NCBI GenBank assembly: GCA_022709565.1
Contig: JAKLIO010000002.1
Span: 1 to 60,138, forward strand
DNA from: Patescibacteria group bacterium
Lineage (GTDB): Bacteria > Patescibacteriota > Minisyncoccia > Moranbacterales > GWC2-37-73
Direction: 5' to 3'
DNA length: 60,138 nucleotides
Shown: positions 51,256 through 59,717 of the stretch, in pieces
Numbering within the stretch: the stretch's first letter is position 1
Layout: each line of letters opens with the position of its first letter
Translations under genes and position numbers: made by a program
Notes under the pieces: generated by a model
Seen by the model: the letters and a program-made list of their open reading frames with translations, nothing else
What the model was told of the DNA's origin: nothing
The model's database searches: none

Positions 51256-51356
51256 ATTTTTGTTCTTTATTAATTTATATTTTTATTATACATTGTATGC
51301 CAATGTATTTCCAGAAGTATTAAAAAAAGAGTCTTATAAAAAACTCGTTTTGATGC

Positions 51357-51477
51357 TGGTACCGCTACGGGGAAATCTCACGCACTCACTGTGTTCGCTT
51401 TTGAAACCTCTCGGTTTCAATACTTCCACCCCGGGAAAACCTAGGTTTTCCCGACCCCTTTCCTTGTTCGATTTTCC
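51357..51477 (-). repeat. tRNA-linked conserved element, copy 2, downstream of tRNA-Glu. Its distal 17 nt (51357-51373) duplicate the tRNA-Glu 3' end including CCA.
   Basis: tggtaccgctacgggga at 51357-51373 is identical to 51524-51540. The core is as in copies 1 and 3. Confidence 0.85.
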
Positions 51478-51523
51478 TTAGCATAAAATTAAAAAATCCC
51501 CATGCTGAGAATTTTTAATTTTT

Positions 51524-51598
51524 TGGTACCGCTACGGGGAATCGAACCCCGGTTTACAGGATGAAAACCTGCTGTCCTAACCACTAGACGATAGCGGC
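51524..51598 (-). tRNA. tRNA-Glu (anticodon UUC), CCA encoded
   Basis: Hand-folded cloverleaf: acceptor GCCGCTA/TAGCGGT, anticodon stem GCAGG/CCTGT with loop TTTTCAT, T arm CGGGG-TTCGATT-CCCCG, 3' ACCA. Confidence 0.88.
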
Positions 51599-51606
51599 AA
51601 ATTATT

Positions 51607-51852
51607 CTATTTTAACATTTCTTTTATTTTCTTTCTTCCAGAGGAAGATTTCCAATATTTTTCAGCTTCCCTGGCAAGTTTTATGTGAATACATTTCTCA
51701 ATTATTTGCCAACTAAAATTTCCGAAGTTCTTTGTTGTTTTTACTTCTCCATGCGAATGCTCTTTTATCCTCCTTTCTAAATTATCAGAAAAACCGACGT
51801 AAGTTTTTGTTTTATTTTCATTAATCAGCAAATATACATAATAATATTGCAT
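51607..51852 (-). CDS. GIY-YIG nuclease-family small protein
   Basis: YYVYLLINENKTKTYVGFSDNLERRIKEHSHG...LAREAEKYWK matches the GIY-YIG/URI pattern. Its ATG abuts a tRNA-Glu 5' fragment and its stop lies 8 nt upstream of the intact tRNA-Glu. Confidence 0.8.
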   Translation of the reverse strand: MQYYYVYLLINENKTKTYVGFSDNLERRIKEHSHGEVKTTKNFGNFSWQIIEKCIHIKLAREAEKYWKSSSGRKKIKEMLK

Positions 51853-51931
51853 AACCTGCTGTCCCCGCCTCGCGTCGACGAGCGGTCGTTTCCGCGAGTC
51901 GAGGCGGGCTAACCACTAGACGATAGCGGCA
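51853..51931 (-). pseudogene. Duplicated 5' half of tRNA-Glu (nt 1-33), interrupted by the 45-nt palindromic element
   Basis: 51853-51863 plus 51909-51931 are identical to 51566-51599. A 45-nt insert lies between them. Confidence 0.85.
51864..51908. mobile_element. 45-nt GC-rich palindromic element, reference copy with base-exact boundaries
   Basis: cccgcctcgcgtcgacgagcggtcgtttccgcgagtcgaggcggg has terminal 9-bp inverted repeats CCCGCCTCG/CGAGGCGGG, G/C at 34 of 45 positions, and no stop codon in any of the six frames. Confidence 0.9.
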
Positions 51932-52058
51932 TTTATAAAACGCCTGAAACAATAACAGTGGAAAGCTTAACACGAAAAAAATAAATAGTCAAAGGTCTTA
52001 TAAAAAAGGCTCTGCAAGCAACAAATTAGTTCAAAAATACTCCTCGGCTGGAGTATTT

Positions 52059-52811
52059 TTAGCGATTGTTTTTAATGCCTTGCTGTTTGGCGATTTTCAG
52101 AAGTTTTTTCTTGGCCCGATTGATCAGCGTTCCAATTGTGTTGATCGGTTTTTTCAAAATATCTCCGATTTCTTCATAGGAATATTCCTGAAAATATCTG
52201 AGTTTTAAAACTTGTTTGTACTTGGGCGGAAGCTTTGCCAGCGCTTCATCGATTTCTCTGACAATTTCCATATGTTCCCATTTTTCTTCTGGAATTTCTT
52301 CGTTAGTAGCCGTGTCCAACTTGTCTTTTGTTGTCGATATATCTTCCCAGGAAACGGTATAGCGCTTGTTCCTGCGTTTTAAAAAATTTACGGATTCATT
52401 ATGCGCGATGCGATAGATCCAGGAAGAAAATTTCCGGGAAACGTCAAATTTATCCAGATTTTTATAGGTTTTGGAAAAAACATTCTGCAATATGTCTTCG
52501 GTTTCGCTCTTGTCGCCTACAAAATGAAAAATGTAAGTAAAAAGCTTTTTTGAATAACGCTCTGTGAGATTATAGTAGGCCTCTTTATTTTTCTTTTGAA
52601 TTTGAATCAAAGTAATAAGCTCCGCATCGCTGAGGTCTTTGCAACAAACGTTTTTTTTAGAAGTTAGCCGGCAAGATTGGCTAGCTGGGCATTTTGCTTC
52701 CTGATTCAACAAAATACTCTTACGCTTTGAAGGTTTTTTCTTTGTGACGCCTTTCCTCACGGAAATACGTGGGGCTAGCGCCTTAGGCTGACTTTTCTTT
52801 TTCCGTACCAT
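52059..52811 (-). CDS. ECF-type sigma-70 family factor with a basic N-terminal extension
   Basis: Region 2 (ILQNVFSKTYKNLDKFDVSRKFSSWIYRIAHNESVNFLKRR) and region 4 (LPPKYKQVLKLRYFQEYSYEEIGDILKKPINTIGTLINRAKKKL). Confidence 0.8.
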   Translation of the reverse strand: MVRKKKSQPKALAPRISVRKGVTKKKPSKRKSILLNQEAKCPASQSCRLTSKKNVCCKDLSDAELITLIQIQKKNKEAYYNLTERYSKKLFTYIFHFVGDKSETEDILQNVFSKTYKNLDKFDVSRKFSSWIYRIAHNESVNFLKRRNKRYTVSWEDISTTKDKLDTATNEEIPEEKWEHMEIVREIDEALAKLPPKYKQVLKLRYFQEYSYEEIGDILKKPINTIGTLINRAKKKLLKIAKQQGIKNNR

Positions 52812-52910
52812 ATGATATTATCGTTTAACGATTGCATATGAGAACAGGCCAGAAATATGCCTACAACGCTTCTTTCAAGGGGAACTATATATTATAATAA
52901 TATCACACTT

Positions 52911-54098
52911 ATGTCAAATATACTAATCCTCGCTGTGGAAACATCTTGCGATGAAACCGCTGTTTCTGTCTTGCAATTTCAAGGCAATGATTTAACCATT
53001 CTCGCCAATGAGGTTTCTTCACAGGTAAAGCTGCATGCCAAATGGGGCGGTGTTGTGCCAAATTTGGCCGCACGGGAACATGTGAAAAATATTGTGCCTA
53101 TTTTTAAGCTGGCTTTAAAAAATGCCGGGGTTTCAATGCAAGATATTGATTTTATTGCGGTCACGGAAGGGCCTGGGCTTATTCCCGCTCTCATGGTTGG
53201 CAACAATTTCGCCAAAACACTGGCTTACCTTTGGGGAAAACCGCTGATTGGAATTCATCATATTGAAGGACACATCTACGCGAACTTTGTTCGCGAAATG
53301 ACAAATGATAAATTTCAAATGACAAAAGCTAAGAAGCTAATGACGCTGAAAGCTAATGAAGCTATTTTTCCTGTTTTGTGTTTGGTAGTTTCCGGTGGTC
53401 ATACGCAATTAGTCTTGATGAAAGACCATTTAAAATATGAAATTATCGGCCAAACATTGGATGACGCAGTCGGCGAAGCCTTTGATAAAGTGGCCAGAAT
53501 TTTAGGAATCGGCTATCCCGGAGGACCAGTCGTTGCCCAAAGAGCAATGGAATTTCCAATGACCAATGACCAATTTCCAAACAAATCACAAAAATCAAAT
53601 TCAAAATCTAAAGAATACGAAATACAAGATACAAGATACGAGATACAATTCCCGAGGCCTATGTTAAATAAGCAGGGATTTAATTTTTCTTTTTCCGGGC
53701 TGAAAACGGCAGTTTTGTATGAAACCAAAAAACACCCTGAATTATTAAGTGATAAAAAATATATTGCCGCTGTCTGTCATGAATTTCAGCAAGCCACAAT
53801 TGATGTTTTGATTGCCAAAACCTTGAAAGCTGCGGAAAAATTCAAGCCAAAAACGATTATGCTAGCCGGTGGTGTCAGCGCCAATAAAGAATTGCGAGAA
53901 CAAATGGGCGCAGCTATCTCAAAATCCATACCAAATACTAAATACTGTATACCAGATACTAGTCTGACCGGCGACAACGCCGCCATGATAGCTGCTGCTG
54001 CCGCTTTCCGCTGGCAAAAGATGAACGAATCTCAAAAGAAAAAAGCTCTGAATGGTTGGGAAAATCTCCAGCCATATGCGAATTTGAAATTAAAGTAA
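52911..54098 (+). CDS. tsaD: tRNA N6-adenosine threonylcarbamoyltransferase TsaD (Kae1/Gcp), with two in-frame insertions made of repeat sequence
   Basis: ILAVETSCDETAVSV, HAKWGGVVPNLAAREH, IAVTEGPGLIPALMVG, GIHHIEGH, LVVSGGHTQL, DDAVGEAFDKVARILG, FSFSGLKTAV, LAGGVSANKELR, TGDNAAMIA. ATG at 52911. Confidence 0.9.
   Translation: MSNILILAVETSCDETAVSVLQFQGNDLTILANEVSSQVKLHAKWGGVVPNLAAREHVKNIVPIFKLALKNAGVSMQDIDFIAVTEGPGLIPALMVGNNFAKTLAYLWGKPLIGIHHIEGHIYANFVREMTNDKFQMTKAKKLMTLKANEAIFPVLCLVVSGGHTQLVLMKDHLKYEIIGQTLDDAVGEAFDKVARILGIGYPGGPVVAQRAMEFPMTNDQFPNKSQKSNSKSKEYEIQDTRYEIQFPRPMLNKQGFNFSFSGLKTAVLYETKKHPELLSDKKYIAAVCHEFQQATIDVLIAKTLKAAEKFKPKTIMLAGGVSANKELREQMGAAISKSIPNTKYCIPDTSLTGDNAAMIAAAAAFRWQKMNESQKKKALNGWENLQPYANLKLK
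53291..53365 (+). repeat. tsaD insertion 1 (peptide REMTNDKFQMTKAKKLMTLKANEA)
   Basis: gaaatgacaaatgataaatttcaaatgacaaaagctaagaagctaatgacgctgaaagctaatgaagc combines CAAATGAC words (as at 48470-48600) with AAGCTAA words (as in the intergenic trailers at 28181-28216 and 36419-36447). Confidence 0.6.
53555..53650 (+). repeat. tsaD insertion 2 (peptide PMTNDQFPNKSQKSNSKSKEYEIQDTRYEIQ)
   Basis: ttccaatgaccaatgaccaatttccaaacaaatcacaaaaatcaaattcaaaatctaaag resembles 48490-48530. It is followed by the ATAC-periodic unit gaatacgaaatacaagatacaagatacgagatacaa. Confidence 0.65.
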
Positions 54099-54143
54099 TT
54101 TTTTCTTGAAATAATGCCCTCAAACTGATATTATAAGGATACT

Positions 54144-56834
54144 ATGGAAAAAGAACTGCCTAAAATTTACGACCCCAAAGCAGTCGAAGATAAGATATAC
54201 AAACGCTGGGAAGAAAGCGGGTTTTTTCAGCCTGAAAATTTAAAAGATACAAAAGGAGTTTATTGTGATGTTTTGCCTCCGCCAAATTCCAATGGCGAAC
54301 TCCATGTCGGCCATGCCAGTGGTTATACTGTTATGGATATTTTTGGCCGCTATAACCGCATGAACAACAAGAAGACACTTCTCTTGCCTGGCAAGGATCA
54401 CGCCGGCATCCAAACCCAAGTTGTGTTTGAAAAAATATTAGAGAATGAACGCGGAACTTCTCGCCACGAATTAGGCCGAGAAAAATTTTACAAAGAGTCC
54501 TACGATTTTTGCATTGATCGCGCGAACTATATGCGCTCGCAGGAAAAAAAGATTGGACTAAGTGCAGATTGGTCACGCGAAAAATTCACGCTTGATCCGG
54601 ATGTTTTAAAAATAGCGTTGGAAACGTTCGTAAAAATGGAAAAGGATGGTTTGATTTACAAAGGCAAAAGAATTGTTAATTGGTGTCCTCGCTGCGCGAC
54701 TGCTTTGGCTGATGTTGAACTACTTCACAAAGAAACTCCCGGAAAACTTTTCTACATAAAATATCCGCTGGAAAACAGTCCTGAATTTGTCACAGTTGCG
54801 ACTACTCGTCCGGAAACAATGTTGGGCGACAGTGCTGTGGCCGTCAATCCAGAGGATGAAAGATACGAATCGCTAGTTGGAAAAAATATTATTTTGCCTC
54901 TGCAAAACAGGATTATACCAATCATAAAAGACAGGCGTGTTGATAAAATATTTGGCACCGGTGCTGTAAAAATTACACCAACCCATGATCCGCTCGACTG
55001 GCAGATCGGAAAAGATCATAATCTTGAAGAAATTCAAGTGATTGATGAAAAAGCAACCATTACTGATCTGGGTGGAGCTTATGCGGGACTTAGTGTCAGT
55101 GAAGCACGAGAACAAATTATTAAAGATTTGGAAAAACTGAACCTGCTTGAAAAAACGGAAGACATGACTCATTCTGTTACTATTTGTGAGCGCTGCAAAA
55201 CAGTCATAGAACCCTTAACATCTGACCAATGGTTTATTAATGTTGATGCAGAAAAATTTTCATTAAAGAAAAAAGCTATTGCAGCGATTGAAAAAGGTGA
55301 AATTGAAATTTTTCCGGAAAACTTTAAAAAAATTCTGATAAGTTGGTTTGAAAATTTGCATGACTGGTGCATTAGCCGACAAATTTGGTGGGGACCGCAA
55401 TTTCCGGTTTGGTATTGCAAAAATTGCGGCGAAGAAAAGTATATTGTTTCCTTGGAAAAACCTGCTCAATGCCCACATTGCCAAGGAACAGAACTAACCC
55501 AAGATGAAAATACTTTTGATACTTGGTTCACATCCGGACAATGGGTCCACACCACTCTAAAATCACACGGCAATGATTTTGATACATTCTACCCTTCAAC
55601 AATGATGGTTACGGGTCGCGATCTCCTGTTTTTCTGGGCTTCCCGCATGATTATGATGAGCTTATATGCTACCGGCAAAGTGCCATTTGAAAATTTATTT
55701 TTTACCGGCTTAGTTCGTGACAAAGACGGACACAAATTTTCCAAATCGAGAGGCAATGGAATTGATCCATTGCTGGCGATTAATAAATTCGGGGCTGATG
55801 CTTTGCGAATGAGCTTGATTATGGATAGCGCCCCTGGACAAGATTCGAGACTTTCGGAAGAAAAAATAGAAACATTCAGAAACTTCACCAACAAACTCTG
55901 GAATATTTCACGTTATTGTTTGTCACAAGAAAATTTTAAGTTGGAAGAAAAAATAGTCAAAAAAGATATAAAAACTATCACGGATGAATGGATAGTACAG
56001 CGCGTTGATGAAACAAACCAAGAAATTAATAATCTTTTTGAAACCAAACAAATTTCCCTTGCAGCTGATACGCTTAAAGCTTTTACTTGGAATGAATTTG
56101 CTGATTGGTATGTTGAAACGAACAAGATTGAAAAAAATCAAAAAGTTCTTGGATATGTTTTAGATAAAATTTTAAAAATGTGGCATCCATTCATGCCTTT
56201 TGTAACCGAACACATTTGGACATTAGTAAATGAAAAGAATCTGCTCATGATTTCAAAATGGCCTCAGCATGAAAAATATTCGCACATAAATTCATCTTCA
56301 AAGGGACCTGAAAAATTTAAATTAATACAAGAAATTGTAACAAACATACGTGATGCAAGCTTTGCTGGCACAAACAAACCAAAAAAGGAAGTTACTATAG
56401 ATATAGCGAATCAAAAACAATACGAGAATACTGAAATGGAAAAACTCTTGAAAGAGCAGGAGCACTTAATTAAAAACCTTCGTACTGGTGTCGAAACCTT
56501 AAAAATAGTTTCTACTGGAAAAATAATAAAAGACGCTATGCATAGAGTTGTTCGAGATATAAATATTTATGTTGCACCAGCAACAGGTGACTTTACTGGC
56601 GGAACTTTTCAGATAGCTGATGGTATTGTATCGCAAAAAGTAATAGACATAGTTAAGGCCGAAAAAGAAATCGCAAATGTAGAAAAATATTTGGCTGGGC
56701 TTAATGCGCGCCTTGAAAATAAGGAATTTATGAGTAAAGCATCCAAAGATTTCATATCTAAAATAGAGAAATCAAAAAGACATAATGATGCCAAGCTTGT
56801 AGAACTTAAAAAGCATCTCTCTTCACTTAAATAA
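54144..56834 (+). CDS. valS: Valine--tRNA ligase
   Basis: 896 aa, class I synthetase with HIGH (PNSNGELHVGHA) and KMSKS (KFSKSRGN) motifs, an editing domain and a C-terminal coiled coil. Confidence 0.95.
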   Translation: MEKELPKIYDPKAVEDKIYKRWEESGFFQPENLKDTKGVYCDVLPPPNSNGELHVGHASGYTVMDIFGRYNRMNNKKTLLLPGKDHAGIQTQVVFEKILENERGTSRHELGREKFYKESYDFCIDRANYMRSQEKKIGLSADWSREKFTLDPDVLKIALETFVKMEKDGLIYKGKRIVNWCPRCATALADVELLHKETPGKLFYIKYPLENSPEFVTVATTRPETMLGDSAVAVNPEDERYESLVGKNIILPLQNRIIPIIKDRRVDKIFGTGAVKITPTHDPLDWQIGKDHNLEEIQVIDEKATITDLGGAYAGLSVSEAREQIIKDLEKLNLLEKTEDMTHSVTICERCKTVIEPLTSDQWFINVDAEKFSLKKKAIAAIEKGEIEIFPENFKKILISWFENLHDWCISRQIWWGPQFPVWYCKNCGEEKYIVSLEKPAQCPHCQGTELTQDENTFDTWFTSGQWVHTTLKSHGNDFDTFYPSTMMVTGRDLLFFWASRMIMMSLYATGKVPFENLFFTGLVRDKDGHKFSKSRGNGIDPLLAINKFGADALRMSLIMDSAPGQDSRLSEEKIETFRNFTNKLWNISRYCLSQENFKLEEKIVKKDIKTITDEWIVQRVDETNQEINNLFETKQISLAADTLKAFTWNEFADWYVETNKIEKNQKVLGYVLDKILKMWHPFMPFVTEHIWTLVNEKNLLMISKWPQHEKYSHINSSSKGPEKFKLIQEIVTNIRDASFAGTNKPKKEVTIDIANQKQYENTEMEKLLKEQEHLIKNLRTGVETLKIVSTGKIIKDAMHRVVRDINIYVAPATGDFTGGTFQIADGIVSQKVIDIVKAEKEIANVEKYLAGLNARLENKEFMSKASKDFISKIEKSKRHNDAKLVELKKHLSSLK

Positions 56835-56836
56835 AC

Positions 56837-57415
56837 ATGAAAAACGCATTTGAATCTTTTTTATGGGGAATAATTGCGGCTTTTGGCGCCTTGATTGTAG
56901 AAATCATAGTCTTTTTAGGCATTTCTGCTTACAAAAATATTGAATTTTCTTTTGATATTTTTTTTGCGGTTCCTTTATTTTTCTTGATTTCTGCCTGCAT
57001 TGAGGAGTTTTTCAAATATATTATTATTTCCAAAAAGGTTGAATCTTTTTCTTTGGAAAAATCCTACATTGTAAATTCTATGTTGGTTGGTTTGGGATTT
57101 TTCGGGGTTGAATTGGGATTTATTTATATGTCCTCAAGCTTATTACCGGCTTGGAACTTATTAACAGAGATCGGAATCTTGCATATAGGTACTGCCGGAC
57201 TGATTGGCTATATTGTCGCCATCAGAAATCCAGGCAAGTTTTCAACTTTTTTGTCTGCTTTTTCGATTGCCGTGATCTTCCATGCCGCCTATAACCTTTT
57301 AGCTATGAACAGGGAGTTTTTGCAGAACTACCTGGTTTTTGCCCTGCTTGGACTTTTAGTTTTGATAAATATCATAAATCTTCTGCGCATCAGCAGTAAA
57401 ATAAACCAGGATTAA
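56837..57415 (+). CDS. PrsW-like intramembrane protease-family membrane protein
   Basis: Multi-pass membrane protein with EEFFK and HAAYN motifs (the E-E-x-x-K ... H-x-x-x-N pattern). Confidence 0.5.
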   Translation: MKNAFESFLWGIIAAFGALIVEIIVFLGISAYKNIEFSFDIFFAVPLFFLISACIEEFFKYIIISKKVESFSLEKSYIVNSMLVGLGFFGVELGFIYMSSSLLPAWNLLTEIGILHIGTAGLIGYIVAIRNPGKFSTFLSAFSIAVIFHAAYNLLAMNREFLQNYLVFALLGLLVLINIINLLRISSKINQD

Positions 57416-57552
57416 AGGTGACTTGCAAAAGACTAGAAATCGTCATATAATATTTATGTAAGAAAAGTATCAAATAATTCTTAACTTAGGGGAAATTAGT
57501 GGCCTTTTTGCTGCTTTTGAGCAACTTTCGGCCAGTGATCCACAATTATACT

Positions 57553-58059
57553 ATGTTAAAGACAAAAAAATCATTTTTTGAACGCGTAACAGGCGCCACT
57601 TCAGTCAACCGACCTGGCGATCGTGAAGATTCTAGGCCTGTTTTTTCCGAAGAAGAAGAAACTGAGATGATCATGAATTCCGAACCGAGAAATATTTTTG
57701 TTGAAGATGAAGGCTATGCCGGCAATGCTGAAGGCCAGCTTACGATAGACGTCTACCAGACTGACAACGAAATTGTCATTAAGTCTACGATTGCGGGAGT
57801 AAAACCTGAAGATTTAGATGTTGCTATCAACAATGACATGGTAACAATCAAGGGGGAAAGGAAAAATGAAGAGGTGGTAAACGCTGAAAATTACTATTAT
57901 CAGGAATGCTATTGGGGCGGGTTCTCGCGTTCAGTAGTTCTGCCAGTGGATATTCTTTCCGAAAAATCTGAAGCATCCCTTAAAAACGGAATTTTAACCA
58001 TTCGCCTGCCTAAAGCAGATACTACCAAAATCAAGAAGATTCAGGTTAGAGGATTCTAA
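57553..58059 (+). CDS. Hsp20/alpha-crystallin small heat-shock protein
   Basis: QLTIDVYQTDNEIVIKSTIAGVKPEDLDVAINNDMVTIKGERK...GFSRSVVLPVDILSEKSEASLKNGILTIRLPK. ATG at 57553. Confidence 0.88.
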   Translation: MLKTKKSFFERVTGATSVNRPGDREDSRPVFSEEEETEMIMNSEPRNIFVEDEGYAGNAEGQLTIDVYQTDNEIVIKSTIAGVKPEDLDVAINNDMVTIKGERKNEEVVNAENYYYQECYWGGFSRSVVLPVDILSEKSEASLKNGILTIRLPKADTTKIKKIQVRGF

Positions 58060-58096
58060 AAACAGCTTGTCAGGCTGCAGCTTTTCAGCTTATTAG

Positions 58097-58127
58097 GAAA
58101 CTTCAATCGAAAGATTGAAGTTTTTTT
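58097..58127 (+). terminator. hsp20 terminator
   Basis: GAAACTTCAATC-gaaa-GATTGAAGTTT followed by TTTT. Confidence 0.75.
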
Positions 58128-58220
58128 CTCCAAGGTTGTAAGCTGCCATCAGAGTCCAATTGAGACTACAAATCAATCGGAATCCTTGTTATTGATTAAA
58201 AAATACAGTATTCTTAAAGC

Positions 58221-59498
58221 ATGGTTAAAAACTATTTTTTATTACTTTTATTGTTGTCCGCTCTTTTGCCGTTCTCCGTATCGGCCGAAGAAGTTTTAGA
58301 CAAAAAATCTACTTCCGGAGAGAAAGCTGCTCTTGTTTTAAATATTGGTCAACATACGGAAACTGTATCAGAAAGCACTTTGGCTGGGTGGACGCAACAT
58401 TCTAATATTTTTACATTATCATCTTCCAAGCGATCAGAGTTTGAAAATATTTATTATTGTCCGGTAAATAATATTTTTTGCGCATTAACGCTAACTGAAA
58501 TGCAGAGGCATCATATTCGGCTTTTGCCTGAAAAAAATATTAACGTTGATAAGATAAGGTTGCATGTTGATGATATTGCCCGAAATGTTAACAGGGATCC
58601 CATTGACGCAAAATTCCAAATCGAAGATGGAAAAGTAACCACGTTTTCAGAACCACAAAATGGCCTCACTCTAAATACTGAAAAGAGTGTTGAACTGATC
58701 ATGTCTGCGCTTCAAACGAATCAGGAAAAATATCCTCAGACGCTCAATTTGCCTTTTGATGTAAAAGAACCGGCAATAGGTTATGAAAATGTTAATAGTC
58801 TTGGAATAAATTCGCTCATAGGAGAAGGCGTTTCCAATTTTAAAGGTTCCACCAAAAGCAGAATCCATAATGTAACTGTCGGCGCCAGCCGATTTAACGG
58901 AGTGCTTATAAAGCCCGGCGAAGAATTTTCCTTTGTGAAAAATCTTGGCGAGGTTGACGCTGAACATGGATATTTGCCGGAGCTGGTCATTAAACACGAT
59001 AAAACTGAACCGGAATTTGGTGGAGGCATTTGCCAAGTTTCCACAACAGCCTTCAGAGCAGCAATTTACTCAGGCTTAAAAATTACAGCCAGACGCAATC
59101 ATGCCTATCCTGTTTCTTATTATAATCCGCAAGGCATGGATTCAACCGTCTATATTCCCAACCCAGACTTGCGTTTTATTAATAATACTCCAGGGCACAT
59201 CCTTATCCAGACAAGCATAGAAGGCACAATTTTAAAATTTCAATTCTATGGCACGGATGACGGCCGAAAGACAACTATTGATGGCCCCAAGGTGCTTGAA
59301 AAAAATCCGGATGGTTCAATGAAGACGACTTTTACTCAGCATGTTTTTGATAAGAACGGTGATGAAATAATTAAAGATGTTTTCAACAGCTCCTACAATT
59401 CTCCAGACAAATATCCCCATCCAGGTGAAGAAATATTTACCACTAAACCCGACGATTGGTCAAAAAAACAGTGGGAGGAATATAAAAAATCTCGCTAA
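58221..59498 (+). CDS. VanW-family protein, secreted
   Basis: Signal peptide, then FSFVKNLGEVDAEHGY...GGGICQVSTTAFRAAIYSGLKITARRNH, the VanW core pattern. Confidence 0.8.
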   Translation: MVKNYFLLLLLLSALLPFSVSAEEVLDKKSTSGEKAALVLNIGQHTETVSESTLAGWTQHSNIFTLSSSKRSEFENIYYCPVNNIFCALTLTEMQRHHIRLLPEKNINVDKIRLHVDDIARNVNRDPIDAKFQIEDGKVTTFSEPQNGLTLNTEKSVELIMSALQTNQEKYPQTLNLPFDVKEPAIGYENVNSLGINSLIGEGVSNFKGSTKSRIHNVTVGASRFNGVLIKPGEEFSFVKNLGEVDAEHGYLPELVIKHDKTEPEFGGGICQVSTTAFRAAIYSGLKITARRNHAYPVSYYNPQGMDSTVYIPNPDLRFINNTPGHILIQTSIEGTILKFQFYGTDDGRKTTIDGPKVLEKNPDGSMKTTFTQHVFDKNGDEIIKDVFNSSYNSPDKYPHPGEEIFTTKPDDWSKKQWEEYKKSR

Positions 59499-59548
59499 TA
59501 AATCGTTAAAAACAAATAAAATACTGATTTATAGGCATTTATTCTCCA

Positions 59549-59577
59549 TTGACTAATTGGGTGTCTTTTGATATAAT
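59549..59577 (+). promoter_or_regulatory. Promoter of the tRNA-Lys/tRNA-Arg unit
   Basis: TTGACT (59549-59554), a 17-nt spacer, then TATAAT (59572-59577), 22 nt upstream of the tRNA-Lys 5' end. Confidence 0.6.
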
Positions 59578-59598
59578 AGTTTAGTTGTTGAAAAATTA

Positions 59599-59671
59599 GC
59601 GTCGTTAGCTCAGTTGGTAGAGCAGATCCCTCTTAAGGATATGGTCGGGGGTTCAAATCCCTCACGACGCA
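59599..59671 (+). tRNA. tRNA-Lys (anticodon CUU)
   Basis: Hand-folded cloverleaf: acceptor GCGTCGT/ACGACGC, D arm GCTC-AGTTGGTA-GAGC, anticodon loop CTCTTAA, T arm GGGGG-TTCAAAT-CCCTC. Confidence 0.85.
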
Positions 59672-59717
59672 CATTTTTATCTCATAACCACAATAAATTT
59701 CAATTGAAAATTGAAAT

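Noticed and set aside
51524-51931. A group I (or other) intron carrying the GIY-YIG ORF inside tRNA-Glu.
   Set aside because: The downstream tRNA-Glu is complete and contiguous (both halves present at 51524-51598), so no splicing is needed. The upstream piece is a duplicated 5' half, and no intron-like conserved core is evident in the ~250 nt taken up by the ORF.
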